From NCBI GenBank assembly GCA_963667015.2, contig CAXXJJ010000004.1:192001-256000 (forward strand): 64,000 nucleotides of DNA. The letters are read 5' to 3'. Every line of letters starts with the position of its first letter. Position 1 is the stretch's first letter. Of this stretch, positions 27,832 to 38,095 are shown in pieces. Position numbers and translations under genes: made by a program. A model generated the notes under the pieces. It was not told the DNA's origin. It saw only the letters and a list, made by a program, of their open reading frames with translations, and made no database searches. The DNA comes from Desulfatiglandales bacterium (GTDB taxonomy: Bacteria > Desulfobacterota > DSM-4660 > Desulfatiglandales > HGW-15).

Positions 27832-28698
27832 ATGTTTGTTTTAAATATCGTAGTCTCTTTTGTAGCAGTATTTGTCCTACAAATGGTTTTTGCCGATAAC
27901 GCCTTTGCATGGGGCCCTGCCATACATACTGTTATCTCATGTTCAATACTTGATGGCGTAGGCAGTATTATGCCTGATATTGCAGGAATTCTAAAACAGT
28001 ATCCCCTTGAATATATTTATGGGAATCTTGCTGCAGATTTTTTCATCGGCAAGGGAAATAAAAGAAAAGAAGGCCACTCACACAACTGGGAAGCAGGCTT
28101 TACTATACTTGGTGAGGCGGAAAGCGAAAAAGAAGCTTCATATGCTTACGGTTTTTTATCTCATCTGGCCGCTGATGTTGTAGCCCATAACTACTTTGTC
28201 CCTGATCTTATCTACAGATTTATCATGCTTAAAAAGCTGGGGCATTTTTATTCCGAGGCAGTGGCAGACAAGGCCGCCGGATCATTTTATCTCAGGATGG
28301 CGGCAGATATACTATCGAGTAAAGATCTCGATTGCGATAAAATGCTCAAGTCGGCTGTGCTTGCAAACAGCAACGGTCTGAAGGCAAAGAGACACATATT
28401 TGCCCGGTCCGTCAAAATGTCCGACTATCTTTATGACTCACCGCAATTTACCTTTATGTACAACCAGTTACGTTACAAGATACCCGCTGATTATATTGAA
28501 TCAATGATCAATCTTTCCTATCGCCTGGTAAAAGACCTGTTATCCAACACCGGTTCATCAAAATGTCTTTCACATGATCCTATCGGGGAAGACAACCTGA
28601 GAAGGGCGAGCCAGAACGGGTTAATGTCCCGTATTCGAAACTCCAGAAGGTTTGTAAGTAAATTTCCTGTTGACAAGGAGCTCCTTGAATTAGCATAA
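27832..28698 (+). CDS. Zinc-dependent phospholipase C family protein
   Basis: Signal peptide ending AFA/WGPAIH; HSHNW; GFLSHLAADVVAHN; HFYSE. Confidence 0.8.
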   Translation: MFVLNIVVSFVAVFVLQMVFADNAFAWGPAIHTVISCSILDGVGSIMPDIAGILKQYPLEYIYGNLAADFFIGKGNKRKEGHSHNWEAGFTILGEAESEKEASYAYGFLSHLAADVVAHNYFVPDLIYRFIMLKKLGHFYSEAVADKAAGSFYLRMAADILSSKDLDCDKMLKSAVLANSNGLKAKRHIFARSVKMSDYLYDSPQFTFMYNQLRYKIPADYIESMINLSYRLVKDLLSNTGSSKCLSHDPIGEDNLRRASQNGLMSRIRNSRRFVSKFPVDKELLELA

Positions 28699-28705
28699 CC
28701 TCTCT

Positions 28706-30571
28706 ATGAGCAAAATAAAAATACTTCCTGAAAATGTTGCCAACCAGATTGCTGCAGGTGAGGTGATTGAGAGACCTGCGTCTGTCGTAAGAGAGCTTCT
28801 TGATAACAGCATCGATTCCGGGGCTGACAGGATCAGTATCCGGATAGAAGAGGGCGGCAAACAGCTTATAAGGGTCAGTGATAACGGTTCCGGTATGGAC
28901 AGGGAGGATATGCTTCTTGCCCTTGAAAGACATGCCACCAGTAAGATCTCATCAGTATCTGATATATTCTCCATAAAAACCCTCGGGTTCAGAGGTGAAG
29001 CCCTTCCAAGTATATGTTCGGTATCCAGGATGGAGATTATTACCCGCACCTCTGATCAGATATCCGCATTCAGGATGAGGGCTTCAGGGGGAGTAATTGA
29101 ATCTGTTGACGAAACAGGTGCTCCTGAGGGGACATCCGTTGAGGTGAGAGACCTTTATTTTAATACACCTGCCAGAAAAAAATTTTTAAAGGCACTTAGA
29201 ACCGAAACAGGGCAGATCGTTGATACTGTTTCAAGGATAGCATTGCCCTTTACGGGTATCTCTATAAAATTACTCGATAATTCAACAGGTAAGACACTAC
29301 TGAACCTGCCTTCTGCGGACAATGAACTTAACAGGCTGACAGCACTTCTGGGAAAGGATATAGCTGTATCTCTTCTGGATGCCCACTTTGAACAGGAAGG
29401 TCTTAAAATAAGGGCCTATCTTGCGCCCCCTGAACTGAGCAGAACAAGGGGCGACCGCATGTTTGTTTATGTAAATAACCGAAATATAAGGGATAAGCTG
29501 TTTATAGGTGCAGTTACAAGAGGGTATGGCCAGAGACTTATGAAGGGGCGTTATCCGCAGGTAGTCCTTTTTATGGATGTTGACCCTGCAATCGTGGATA
29601 TAAATGTCCATCCTGCCAAACAGGAAGTACGTTTTGAGGACAGCGGATTCATATATAAAAGTATTGCATCAACCATTGCCATGGCTCTTGGAGATCAGCT
29701 TAATCCTTTTTCATTTCCGGGCGAAAACAGACCTGATGAACCGGTTATAAAGCCTTCATATACGGAGACCAGCAATAAGATGCCGGCCTGGGAATACGTT
29801 CCCGGTGAAACAGGGGTAAAGGTGCAGTCTGAAATAAAGGAATCCGCTTTTAAGGAGCAGAACACTCTTTTTGATAGAAATGAAAGACCATACAAACCTG
29901 AAGATGAACCCGATCTGATATTTTCCCGGTCCAGAGAGACGAATGACCTCCCTCAGGAAACCCCGGAGCCAGCAGAAAAGGAGTTTTCTCCAAGGGAGAT
30001 CCCCCAGGTGATTGGTCAGCTGAAGGGCACTTATCTTCTGTTTCAGGAACGTAACGGATTGTTGATGATTGATCAGCATGCTGCCCATGAAAGGGTTGTG
30101 TATGAAACCCTTAAGGCCAAATATGCCGCTTCAAAGATTGAAAGCCAGAGTTTTTTACTGCCGGTTGATTTTGAATTATCCTTAAAGGATGCCAGGGTGC
30201 TTGATACAAAACTTGAGCAGCTTCAAAAACTGGGTTTTGAAATAGAAAATTTCGGTGGAAACAGCTTTTTAATTAGGTCTGTTCCGGCCATACTGGTAAA
30301 CTCTGACTGGGAGAGCTTTTTGAGGGATCTTATTCCTGTGCTTGAGGAGGAAGATGACCTTACGAATGACAGGGCTTTGGATAAATTACTTACTGTAATG
30401 GCCTGTCACGGTGCCATAAGGGCAGGGCAGAGCATGACCAGGCAGGAAATGTCACTTCTGGTTGAACAGCTCCAGAAACTTGAACTGGCAGCAAACTGCC
30501 CTCATGGAAGACCTGTCTTAAGAAGATTCAGCTATTATGAAATAGAGAAGATGTTTAAAAGGGTCGTGTAA
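28706..30571 (+). CDS. mutL: DNA mismatch repair endonuclease MutL
   Basis: NQIAAGEVIERP, GFRGEAL, DQHAAHER, ACH, CPHGRP. Confidence 0.98.
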   Translation: MSKIKILPENVANQIAAGEVIERPASVVRELLDNSIDSGADRISIRIEEGGKQLIRVSDNGSGMDREDMLLALERHATSKISSVSDIFSIKTLGFRGEALPSICSVSRMEIITRTSDQISAFRMRASGGVIESVDETGAPEGTSVEVRDLYFNTPARKKFLKALRTETGQIVDTVSRIALPFTGISIKLLDNSTGKTLLNLPSADNELNRLTALLGKDIAVSLLDAHFEQEGLKIRAYLAPPELSRTRGDRMFVYVNNRNIRDKLFIGAVTRGYGQRLMKGRYPQVVLFMDVDPAIVDINVHPAKQEVRFEDSGFIYKSIASTIAMALGDQLNPFSFPGENRPDEPVIKPSYTETSNKMPAWEYVPGETGVKVQSEIKESAFKEQNTLFDRNERPYKPEDEPDLIFSRSRETNDLPQETPEPAEKEFSPREIPQVIGQLKGTYLLFQERNGLLMIDQHAAHERVVYETLKAKYAASKIESQSFLLPVDFELSLKDARVLDTKLEQLQKLGFEIENFGGNSFLIRSVPAILVNSDWESFLRDLIPVLEEEDDLTNDRALDKLLTVMACHGAIRAGQSMTRQEMSLLVEQLQKLELAANCPHGRPVLRRFSYYEIEKMFKRVV

Positions 30572-30572
30572 C

Positions 30573-31493
30573 ATGCGGCCTGACAAACAGAAAATAATAA
30601 TTATAACCGGACCCACTGCAACCGGTAAAACCGATCTGGCTGTGAATCTTTCTCTGGATATGGGAGGCGAGGTCGTTAACTGTGATTCCATGCAGGTATA
30701 CAAAGGCATGGATATAGGAACAGCCAAGCCCCTGCCTGAAGAAAAAAAAGGGATTCCCCATCACCTGCTCGATGTTGTAAATCCTGATGAGGAATTCAAT
30801 GCATCCGTTTACAGAGAATATGCGGTTCCTGTTATCAAAGATATCCTTGCACGCGAGAAGATCTGTTTTGTTGTTGGCGGAACAGGGCTGTATATTAAGA
30901 GCCTGCTGGGAGGATTGTTTGAATGTCCTTCTTCCGATCCAGAGATACGGGAACAGCTTCTAATAGAATATGATAAAAAGGGGAAGGATATTTTATTTGA
31001 ACGCCTGAAAAAGCTTGATCCGGTATATGCAGACACAGTCCATCCTAATGACAGGGTAAGGATTACAAGGGCTCTTGAGGTTATCAAACTTACAGGTCAG
31101 CCATTTTCAGCGCTGGCAGCCGACCATTCATTTAAGAACCGTGATTTTAAACCGCTTAAGATATGCCTGTACCATGAGAGAGAGATCCTGTATGAACGCA
31201 TTAACTTAAGAAGTATCAGGATGTTTGAATCAGGCCTCGTTGACGAAACCCGAAAACTGCTTAAAAACGGCTATTCTCCGGACCTGAAACCAATGAAAAG
31301 TATTGGTTACAGACATGCCATTGACTATCTTGAGAACCGGATGAGTTATAATGAATCAATTGAACTTCTTCAAAGAGACACAAGGAGATATGCCAAGAGG
31401 CAGATCACCTGGTTTAAGGCAGATACTGAGATGTTATGGTTTTATCCTGATAACATAAATGAGATAACCGAAAAGGTTAAAGAATTTATTTGA
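30573..31493 (+). CDS. miaA: tRNA dimethylallyltransferase
   Basis: GPTATGKT, DSMQVY, IGTAKP, GGTGLY, TRRYAKRQITW. Confidence 0.98.
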   Translation: MRPDKQKIIIITGPTATGKTDLAVNLSLDMGGEVVNCDSMQVYKGMDIGTAKPLPEEKKGIPHHLLDVVNPDEEFNASVYREYAVPVIKDILAREKICFVVGGTGLYIKSLLGGLFECPSSDPEIREQLLIEYDKKGKDILFERLKKLDPVYADTVHPNDRVRITRALEVIKLTGQPFSALAADHSFKNRDFKPLKICLYHEREILYERINLRSIRMFESGLVDETRKLLKNGYSPDLKPMKSIGYRHAIDYLENRMSYNESIELLQRDTRRYAKRQITWFKADTEMLWFYPDNINEITEKVKEFI

Positions 31494-31581
31494 CTGATTT
31501 AAGCCTTTGGGTGATTATTGCAGTCTTTATTTTAATAAATTAATTAATGAGTTTCCTAATAAAATCTTAAAAGAAAAAACC

Positions 31582-32751
31582 ATGAAAAATATGAAAAAAA
31601 TAAGCTTCCGGGCAAGTATATTTATCTGTTTGTGCTTTCTAATATTTCCAGCCTTAGAGACATATGCTAAAGATAATGACGGTGAAATTCTGGTAATAGG
31701 CTCCGCTGCAATAAAAAATGAAAATCGTGCAGAAGCGCGTAAACTTGCCATTTCCGATGCTCATATCAAGGGGATAGAGACATATCTTGTAAAAATCCTT
31801 GGTCGTCAGGGCATGATCAATAATTTTGAAAATATTATTAATGAGGTTATACCTGGCTCAGGTGATGTTATCGAGAATTATGATATACGGGCAGAGACCA
31901 GCAACAGCAAAATATATAAACTGCTGGTAAGCATTAAAGTAAATGAAAAATTAATGGATGAAAGACTCAGAAACTCCGGTATAATTTTATACGAAGGTTC
32001 ATCTTTACGTGTGTTGTTCCTCGTATCAGACAGGATATCCATTTATGATATGCCATTCATATGGTGGGATGACCCGGAGAATAAAACGAACTTATCCTCC
32101 TCTGAACTCATGCTTCACAGGCTTTTCCAGGAACGGGGATTCAATCCTGTTAACAGGCTTACCAGTATACCGGAAGAGGGATATAATCCTGAACTGTTCA
32201 AAGAAGAATTAACAGAAGAAGATGCCGCACAATGGGGGAGGCTCTATTCAGCCGATGTGGTTATACTGGGTAAGGTCGATGTAAGCGAATTTAATCAATT
32301 GATAGTCAATTTAAAGGCAATACAGGTTCAGAATGCGGATGTCCTGGCCAGTTACAATAATGATCAGCTAATTGCAAATGATCCTGAGACAACAGGGACA
32401 ACTGTTGAGGCACAGGAAAAAATACTTACTGACGGGGTCAACCGGATTATCCCGGATATCCTTAAGGTATTCAAGAAAGAAGAAGAAAAACTGTCCCGTT
32501 TTGATCTGGAACTTAAGGGCCTTGACAGTCTAAAGCAGGTAACATCCTTTATATCCTTTGTAAGAGAAAAAATCAGCGGGGTTGTATCTGTATTACAGAC
32601 AAGGATAACCCATGGAACCATTACAATGTCTGTGGAATTTTCCGGTTCCAGAAAGGCATTTATAGAAAAAATTAAGAGCAGCGTAGAAGTACCTTTTGCA
32701 GCTGAAATTATCGTTGATGAAGCCGGAGCGCTGATAGTTACACCTATGTGA
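31582..32751 (+). CDS. Exported hypothetical protein (FlgT-like N-terminus)
   Basis: Signal peptide from ATG 31582; GSAAIK..AEARKLAISDA motif. Confidence 0.55.
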   Translation: MKNMKKISFRASIFICLCFLIFPALETYAKDNDGEILVIGSAAIKNENRAEARKLAISDAHIKGIETYLVKILGRQGMINNFENIINEVIPGSGDVIENYDIRAETSNSKIYKLLVSIKVNEKLMDERLRNSGIILYEGSSLRVLFLVSDRISIYDMPFIWWDDPENKTNLSSSELMLHRLFQERGFNPVNRLTSIPEEGYNPELFKEELTEEDAAQWGRLYSADVVILGKVDVSEFNQLIVNLKAIQVQNADVLASYNNDQLIANDPETTGTTVEAQEKILTDGVNRIIPDILKVFKKEEEKLSRFDLELKGLDSLKQVTSFISFVREKISGVVSVLQTRITHGTITMSVEFSGSRKAFIEKIKSSVEVPFAAEIIVDEAGALIVTPM

Positions 32752-32779
32752 GCCTTATTTTATATTAAACAGGCGATAA

Positions 32780-33325
32780 ATGACCATTCCGAATATTATT
32801 ACAATGATCAGAATCCTGCTGACACCGATCTTTGTCATCTACGTGATAAACGATCAGTTGTTGACAGGACTTGTTATTCTGGTGATATGCGGTATCAGTG
32901 ATGGCCTGGATGGGATGATTGCACGGGTGTTTAAGCAGAAAAGCCGGTTGGGGAGTTACCTTGACCCTCTTGCTGACAAGATTATCCTTTCATCTGCCTT
33001 TATTGCCCTCAGCATAAGAGGTTTTCTGCCGTCATGGCTTTCGGTTGTTGTAATAAGCAGGGATGTATTGATCCTGATAGGGATTATTATTATTTACCTC
33101 AACGATATTAACCTCGATATAAAGCCCGTATTTTCAAGTAAAATTACCACATGCTTTCAATTCACAACTGTTATCGCCGTACTGGCACAGGAATACCTGC
33201 TTGCATATCAGGATTATTATTCATACATGTATTATGTGACAGCACTTTTCACTATAATCTCCTTTTTACAGTACCTTTACCAGTGGCAAAAAATGATGAT
33301 AAACGATAAGCTGTATCTGGATTAA
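32780..33325 (+). CDS. CDP-alcohol phosphatidyltransferase (PgsA-like)
   Basis: PNIITMIR, SDGLDGMIAR..SRLGSYLDPLADK. Confidence 0.92.
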   Translation: MTIPNIITMIRILLTPIFVIYVINDQLLTGLVILVICGISDGLDGMIARVFKQKSRLGSYLDPLADKIILSSAFIALSIRGFLPSWLSVVVISRDVLILIGIIIIYLNDINLDIKPVFSSKITTCFQFTTVIAVLAQEYLLAYQDYYSYMYYVTALFTIISFLQYLYQWQKMMINDKLYLD

Positions 33326-33336
33326 CTGACAGTGTA

Positions 33337-33528
33337 TCAGCCGATCCGTCCATCTCCATCAATATCTTTGCCATATTCCTTTTCAAGTAAAGAAACTAGG
33401 CTAAAAATCACCTTTCTGGTATGACGCAATTCATCCTCAAGTAAACCGACTCTTTGTTCAAGAGTTTCTGCTTTATTACGCTGTTCAGAAATCTGCGACT
33501 GCTGTATTAAATCCCAGAATAGACCCAT
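33337..33528 (-). CDS. Small coiled-coil hypothetical protein
   Basis: 63 aa; SD GAGGAG; ends DIDGDGRIG. Confidence 0.65.
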   Translation of the reverse strand: MGLFWDLIQQSQISEQRNKAETLEQRVGLLEDELRHTRKVIFSLVSLLEKEYGKDIDGDGRIG

Positions 33529-33652
33529 CTCTATCTCCTCTTTGACGTTAATTTTTATCAGATAATTCTATATCCTGAAAAATAAACAATCCTGATATAT
33601 GATTGTACAAAAAATATGAATGGAAATTTCTGTAAAGGTAACAGCAAAACCA

Positions 33653-35965
33653 TTATTTCATGAATTCGGTTCTGTTGTTCAGCATATTCAGTAATTCCTT
33701 TGCAACAGGCAAATCCGGGGCGATTTTTACCATTGTTTCTGCCATGTCTCTTGCCTCAGGTAATCTCGATCTTTTAAAATAAAAATCAAAAAGGGCATAT
33801 AAAAAATCCATATTTTCGGGCTCTATTTCAAGGGCAGTTTTAAATTCGAGTTCGGCATCTTTGTCCCTGTTAAGAAACTGGAGCAGTAAACCATAATTAT
33901 AATGAATTCTGGCTGCATCGGGCATGTTATGGGCAGCCTTCTCCATGTAGAGCGCAGCTTCTTCAAGATTATTTTTTTCAGCCAGAAGCAGTGCAAGTGA
34001 GTAGTAAATTTCATATAAGCCGGGATGTTCTTTTATTACCTCCCTGAAAAGTTCTTCAGCCTTATCCTGATCGCCTTTTCCATTATACAGCATTGCCAGG
34101 TTTACCTTTGCAGGGTAGAAGAGATTGTCAATCTTAATGGCCGCCCTGTAGTTTTCAATTGCCCTGTCAATATCATCAAGTTTCTGAAACAGGTTCCCTA
34201 AATTGAAACGGCCGAATGAAAAATCTCCTGAATATTCCATTGATGTTATAAATTCTTGCAGAACCCTGTGATAGACTTCTTTCTGTCTCGTGTCCAGGTA
34301 TTCGGAAGGTTTGCCTGCCAGCCTTGATGACGCCTCTATACGCACGGCCTTAACCGGATCGTAGAGGAGCGGTGCAATAAGTTTTGCCTTTTCCTGATCG
34401 TCTGAAAGGGGAATGTTTTCAACTGCTGTCCTGCGGATAAGGGCTTCTTCATCCATTAGGGATATTTTGTAGGCATTAATTGTTTCCTCACCCGGGTACG
34501 CTCCTAAAAGTGAAAGAGCAGTGGCCCTTACAATTACAGGATAGAGGGTGTCAGTGGCAAGCTTGAGAAGATCATTATATACTTCAGGCCTGTGACTGCG
34601 GCCGGCAGCAATTATTTCTCCATAATGTCCTTTTCTTCCGGGACCATACCATTTAGTAATCCACTCCTCTGACCATTCGACCGGTTTATCCATATGGCAT
34701 CTGTTGCATGCGTTAGGGGTGTTTAACTTCTCACTCAGGTCGGGCATAGGAATTCTGAAACTGTGATCAGGACGATAATCTATTACCATGTAATTTCTTC
34801 CGGGCATATGGCACTGCATGCACTCTGAACCGGTGCCTACCTCAAACAGTATCTTTCCGTCGTCTGATCTGATCGGTTCTCCTTTTTCTCCTTTTTGTTT
34901 ATGGAAATGGTGTTCTGCCGTGTTATATTCACTTGCACGGTGACATTGAAGACATAGGTCATTGCCATCTCTGATCAGTCTGGCGCTGTGAACATCATGA
35001 CAGTCGCTGCATTTTACATCACGGTGATACATCTTGCTCTGGGTAAATGAACCATAGACATAGACCTCTTCCAGTATCTGTCCATCGGGAAAATAAAGAT
35101 CCGGTGTCAGAAGGCTGGGCTGCAGACTGTCCAGGAGGTCAGATTCTGCATGGGTATAGTCTCCAAGTATGGCTCGCCTGCTGTGGCACGGCGCACATTG
35201 ATTTACCAGTTGTCTGGAAGAAATCCCTGATGTCCTTACTGCCAGATTGAAATTAGTAACATCAGGTCTGCCCATTTCGGGTGTTTCAGCCCATTTTACA
35301 TGTCCTGATCCTGGGCCATGACATGCCTCACATCCTACATCGATATCTGTCCAGGTGGTTTCATATGTGTCATTGACCGGATCATAATTCTTTTTAAGGT
35401 TTGTAGAATGACACTCCGCACACATTCCATTCCAGTTCTGTCCGGCGTTTGTCCAGTAAAGCCAGTCATCGGAGGCGATTTCAATATCGGGATTAAGATC
35501 AAACCACTTTTTTTCGCGCACATCCCATGCAATGGGCAGGCATTGAAGGCGTCCGCCCTCAAAGGGAACAAGGTATTGCTGGAGAGGATACCAGCCGAAG
35601 GTATGTGTTATCTCGTATTCTCCCATGCGTCCATCCGGACCACTGGTATATGTATAGAACTTATTTTCCTTTCTGTAGAATTTTGATGTGATACCATGGC
35701 TCTCAAAACTGACATTGTTGAAATTACCAAGAACCGTATCTTCACCGGCTATCTCCATGGCATGATCATGATGGGAATCCTGCCAGTTGTTATATTCCGT
35801 CCTGTGACAGTCAGCGCATTTTAGACTGCCTGTAAAACTGAAATCTGCTTCTTTTGAATTTGAAACAGTGGGTAGTGACAGATAAGATACTTTAAACAGA
35901 TAGGCGGGCACTGAGAGCGCAATGACAATGGTTGCCAGGAGACCTGTTAATTTCCATGCCTTCAT
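33653..35965 (-). CDS. Octaheme c-type cytochrome with HEAT-like and TPR repeats
   Basis: Eight CxxCH motifs (CADCH, CAECH, CEACH, CAPCH, CSDCH, CLQCH, CMQCH, CNRCH), N-terminal anchor, C-terminal TPRs. Confidence 0.9.
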   Translation of the reverse strand: MKAWKLTGLLATIVIALSVPAYLFKVSYLSLPTVSNSKEADFSFTGSLKCADCHRTEYNNWQDSHHDHAMEIAGEDTVLGNFNNVSFESHGITSKFYRKENKFYTYTSGPDGRMGEYEITHTFGWYPLQQYLVPFEGGRLQCLPIAWDVREKKWFDLNPDIEIASDDWLYWTNAGQNWNGMCAECHSTNLKKNYDPVNDTYETTWTDIDVGCEACHGPGSGHVKWAETPEMGRPDVTNFNLAVRTSGISSRQLVNQCAPCHSRRAILGDYTHAESDLLDSLQPSLLTPDLYFPDGQILEEVYVYGSFTQSKMYHRDVKCSDCHDVHSARLIRDGNDLCLQCHRASEYNTAEHHFHKQKGEKGEPIRSDDGKILFEVGTGSECMQCHMPGRNYMVIDYRPDHSFRIPMPDLSEKLNTPNACNRCHMDKPVEWSEEWITKWYGPGRKGHYGEIIAAGRSHRPEVYNDLLKLATDTLYPVIVRATALSLLGAYPGEETINAYKISLMDEEALIRRTAVENIPLSDDQEKAKLIAPLLYDPVKAVRIEASSRLAGKPSEYLDTRQKEVYHRVLQEFITSMEYSGDFSFGRFNLGNLFQKLDDIDRAIENYRAAIKIDNLFYPAKVNLAMLYNGKGDQDKAEELFREVIKEHPGLYEIYYSLALLLAEKNNLEEAALYMEKAAHNMPDAARIHYNYGLLLQFLNRDKDAELEFKTALEIEPENMDFLYALFDFYFKRSRLPEARDMAETMVKIAPDLPVAKELLNMLNNRTEFMK

Positions 35966-36492
35966 ATCTTTTCCTTTTTGGCATAAACAAGTTGTTCCCT
36001 GATAAATTTATCTCTTTTTATACTCATACCGGTATCAACTTTCACGATATTGTTCTCTATATGCACCGGATATATATCAAGCGGTCTCGGGGCAGGGGAG
36101 GTAACAACACTGCCTGCAATATCAAAGGATGATCCGTGGCATGGGCATGCAAATCTCTTTTCTTTATCGTTCCAGGGGACAGTGCACCCAAGGTGAGTAC
36201 ATTTACTGGAAAGCGCGATAAAGCCGCCGTCAGACATCCTGCACAGATAAAATCTTCCCTGTATATTGGCGGTAACCGAGTTGAGCGGGAATCTGTCCAC
36301 ATGACCTGCTTCGAGTATATTCCCTGTTTTGCCGGAATTGCTTTCCGGTTTTCTGCGACTGAGAAAGGCAATGATTACCGCAATAAATTCACCAGCAGCA
36401 GCTATCCCGAGAATAACCCAGAGAGTTTTTAGAAAGGATCGACGGGAAGGAGATACATCAGAATGATTTTGTATTTTTAATTTTTTTTTCAT
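35962..36492 (-). CDS. Rieske 2Fe-2S protein (Tat-exported)
   Basis: SRRSFLK Tat motif, CTHLGC and CPCHGS boxes, PAPRPL. Confidence 0.93.
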   Translation of the reverse strand: MKKKLKIQNHSDVSPSRRSFLKTLWVILGIAAAGEFIAVIIAFLSRRKPESNSGKTGNILEAGHVDRFPLNSVTANIQGRFYLCRMSDGGFIALSSKCTHLGCTVPWNDKEKRFACPCHGSSFDIAGSVVTSPAPRPLDIYPVHIENNIVKVDTGMSIKRDKFIREQLVYAKKEKI

Positions 36493-36500
36493 TTTAATAT

Positions 36501-37883
36501 CTAAAGTTTCGCAGTTGATAAATTAATAGGTTTAACAATAGTATCTTCAATCATATCAAGTAAATGCAAAACAATATCGGGCTCTATTTTATAGCAAATT
36601 ACATGACTTGATCTGATTATGAGTTCTTTGATATAGGCCCAGAGTTTTTCAACCATTGATAGCAGGAGGTTTTCATCCGACAGCTCTCTGAACAAAGGAC
36701 CTATGGGTCCCATCACCATTCTTTTACCCAGGATATATACCAATAGTAGGTAACGGATCATAACCATGCTGTAGCTGGTGATAACCGCATCAAAAGTATT
36801 GCTTTGTTCTTTTCCCATATAAAGCATTTGCTTTGCATCCTTAAAGAAGACTTCAATGGCCCAGCGGCGGGCATAGTAACTCAGCATATCAGATGCTGCT
36901 ATCTCTGTGTCCGTTGATAAAAGAGCATGCCAGTCTTTTTTACCGTCAGACAGGAACAGAAGACGAACATTCCCCGTCTTTGGAAGCTTAACATTAAGGC
37001 AGGCTGCCTTCACATTGTAGCCGGGAAGCAAAACAGTCTGTTTCTTTGCCACCTTCTGCCATAGTTGCTTCAATGTATACTTTTGCCCGTGGTATTCATA
37101 CTTCACCCGGTTCCTTTTTAGCCTGCATATAACACCGTAACCTATTGAGTATATCTGGCTGATAACATCATCGTGAGCGAACCAACTGTCAAATAGTACA
37201 AAGCTTGCATCAATACCGGATTTCCAGGCTCTGTCAATCATGCTGATTAAAGTTTCTGTCTTCTTACTTAGAGCTTCCTTACGTCTGCGCCATCCGATGG
37301 TTCTTTTATCTATGTCCCTGAGTTTGTTATTGGGACGTTTGCTAGATGTATTTAGAGAAGCATCCAGAGGGAAAAAGTTGATGCCATTATGATATCCAAG
37401 CTGCAGACATTGGATTCCTAAAATAGAACGATTCGTCTTATGATCAAAGTGATAACTTGCAAGCTCTATATCTTTTCCTGTTTTGGGCATCAATGAATCA
37501 TCAGCAATCAAAACCTTTTGCGTCAAAGGGACATCATTGCTGCATTCTATTATTTTTAAAGCGAGGAGATATACAAACTTACGCCAATTAAATCTTTCAT
37601 GGTTCAGAAATCTGTAAAAAACATCCTTTTGTGCGTTGGTAGCATTATTAAGGTACTCTGAATTCCAGATATCAGTAAGGGTTCTTTTCAAAAATGGAAG
37701 CAGGACAATAAGGAAAAGCAGTGTAATAGTTTTATATCCTCTTATTTTTCTTATCCCGCTTCGATTAAGAAGTGACCTGAATTTGAGTTCCTTGAATGCG
37801 CTGTTTATCTCCGAATCGATAACAACATTTTTATTTGAAATCTGTTTTTGCAATGAGAGGGAAAATGTATTATTAAGTTTCAT
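36501..37883 (-). CDS. DDE transposase
   Basis: IADDS, LFDSWF, YARRWAIEVFFKDAKQ; stop codon lies inside the TIR. Confidence 0.92.
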   Translation of the reverse strand: MKLNNTFSLSLQKQISNKNVVIDSEINSAFKELKFRSLLNRSGIRKIRGYKTITLLFLIVLLPFLKRTLTDIWNSEYLNNATNAQKDVFYRFLNHERFNWRKFVYLLALKIIECSNDVPLTQKVLIADDSLMPKTGKDIELASYHFDHKTNRSILGIQCLQLGYHNGINFFPLDASLNTSSKRPNNKLRDIDKRTIGWRRRKEALSKKTETLISMIDRAWKSGIDASFVLFDSWFAHDDVISQIYSIGYGVICRLKRNRVKYEYHGQKYTLKQLWQKVAKKQTVLLPGYNVKAACLNVKLPKTGNVRLLFLSDGKKDWHALLSTDTEIAASDMLSYYARRWAIEVFFKDAKQMLYMGKEQSNTFDAVITSYSMVMIRYLLLVYILGKRMVMGPIGPLFRELSDENLLLSMVEKLWAYIKELIIRSSHVICYKIEPDIVLHLLDMIEDTIVKPINLSTAKL

Positions 37884-38025
37884 GAGGTGGCTCCTTTTTG
37901 TTAGTAAATTTAATATCTTAGCCGATTCAAATATACTAATTTAGGGGCCGCCTTTCAACTATTTTATCAATATTTTCAAACTTTTATCCCTCTTTTTTTT
38001 ATAAAATTTAACTGCGAAACTTTAG
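36501..38025 (-). mobile_element. Complete insertion sequence (IS4-superfamily DDE type), 1525 bp
   Basis: Perfect 16 bp TIRs CTAAAGTTTCGCAGTT / AACTGCGAAACTTTAG; 7 bp target duplication TTAATAT (36494-36500 and 38026-38032). Confidence 0.92.
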
Positions 38026-38095
38026 TTAATATGTTACTTTATTAAATTATTTGATGTCCGGCTATCGATTAATTATCATAATTATAAGACCACCC

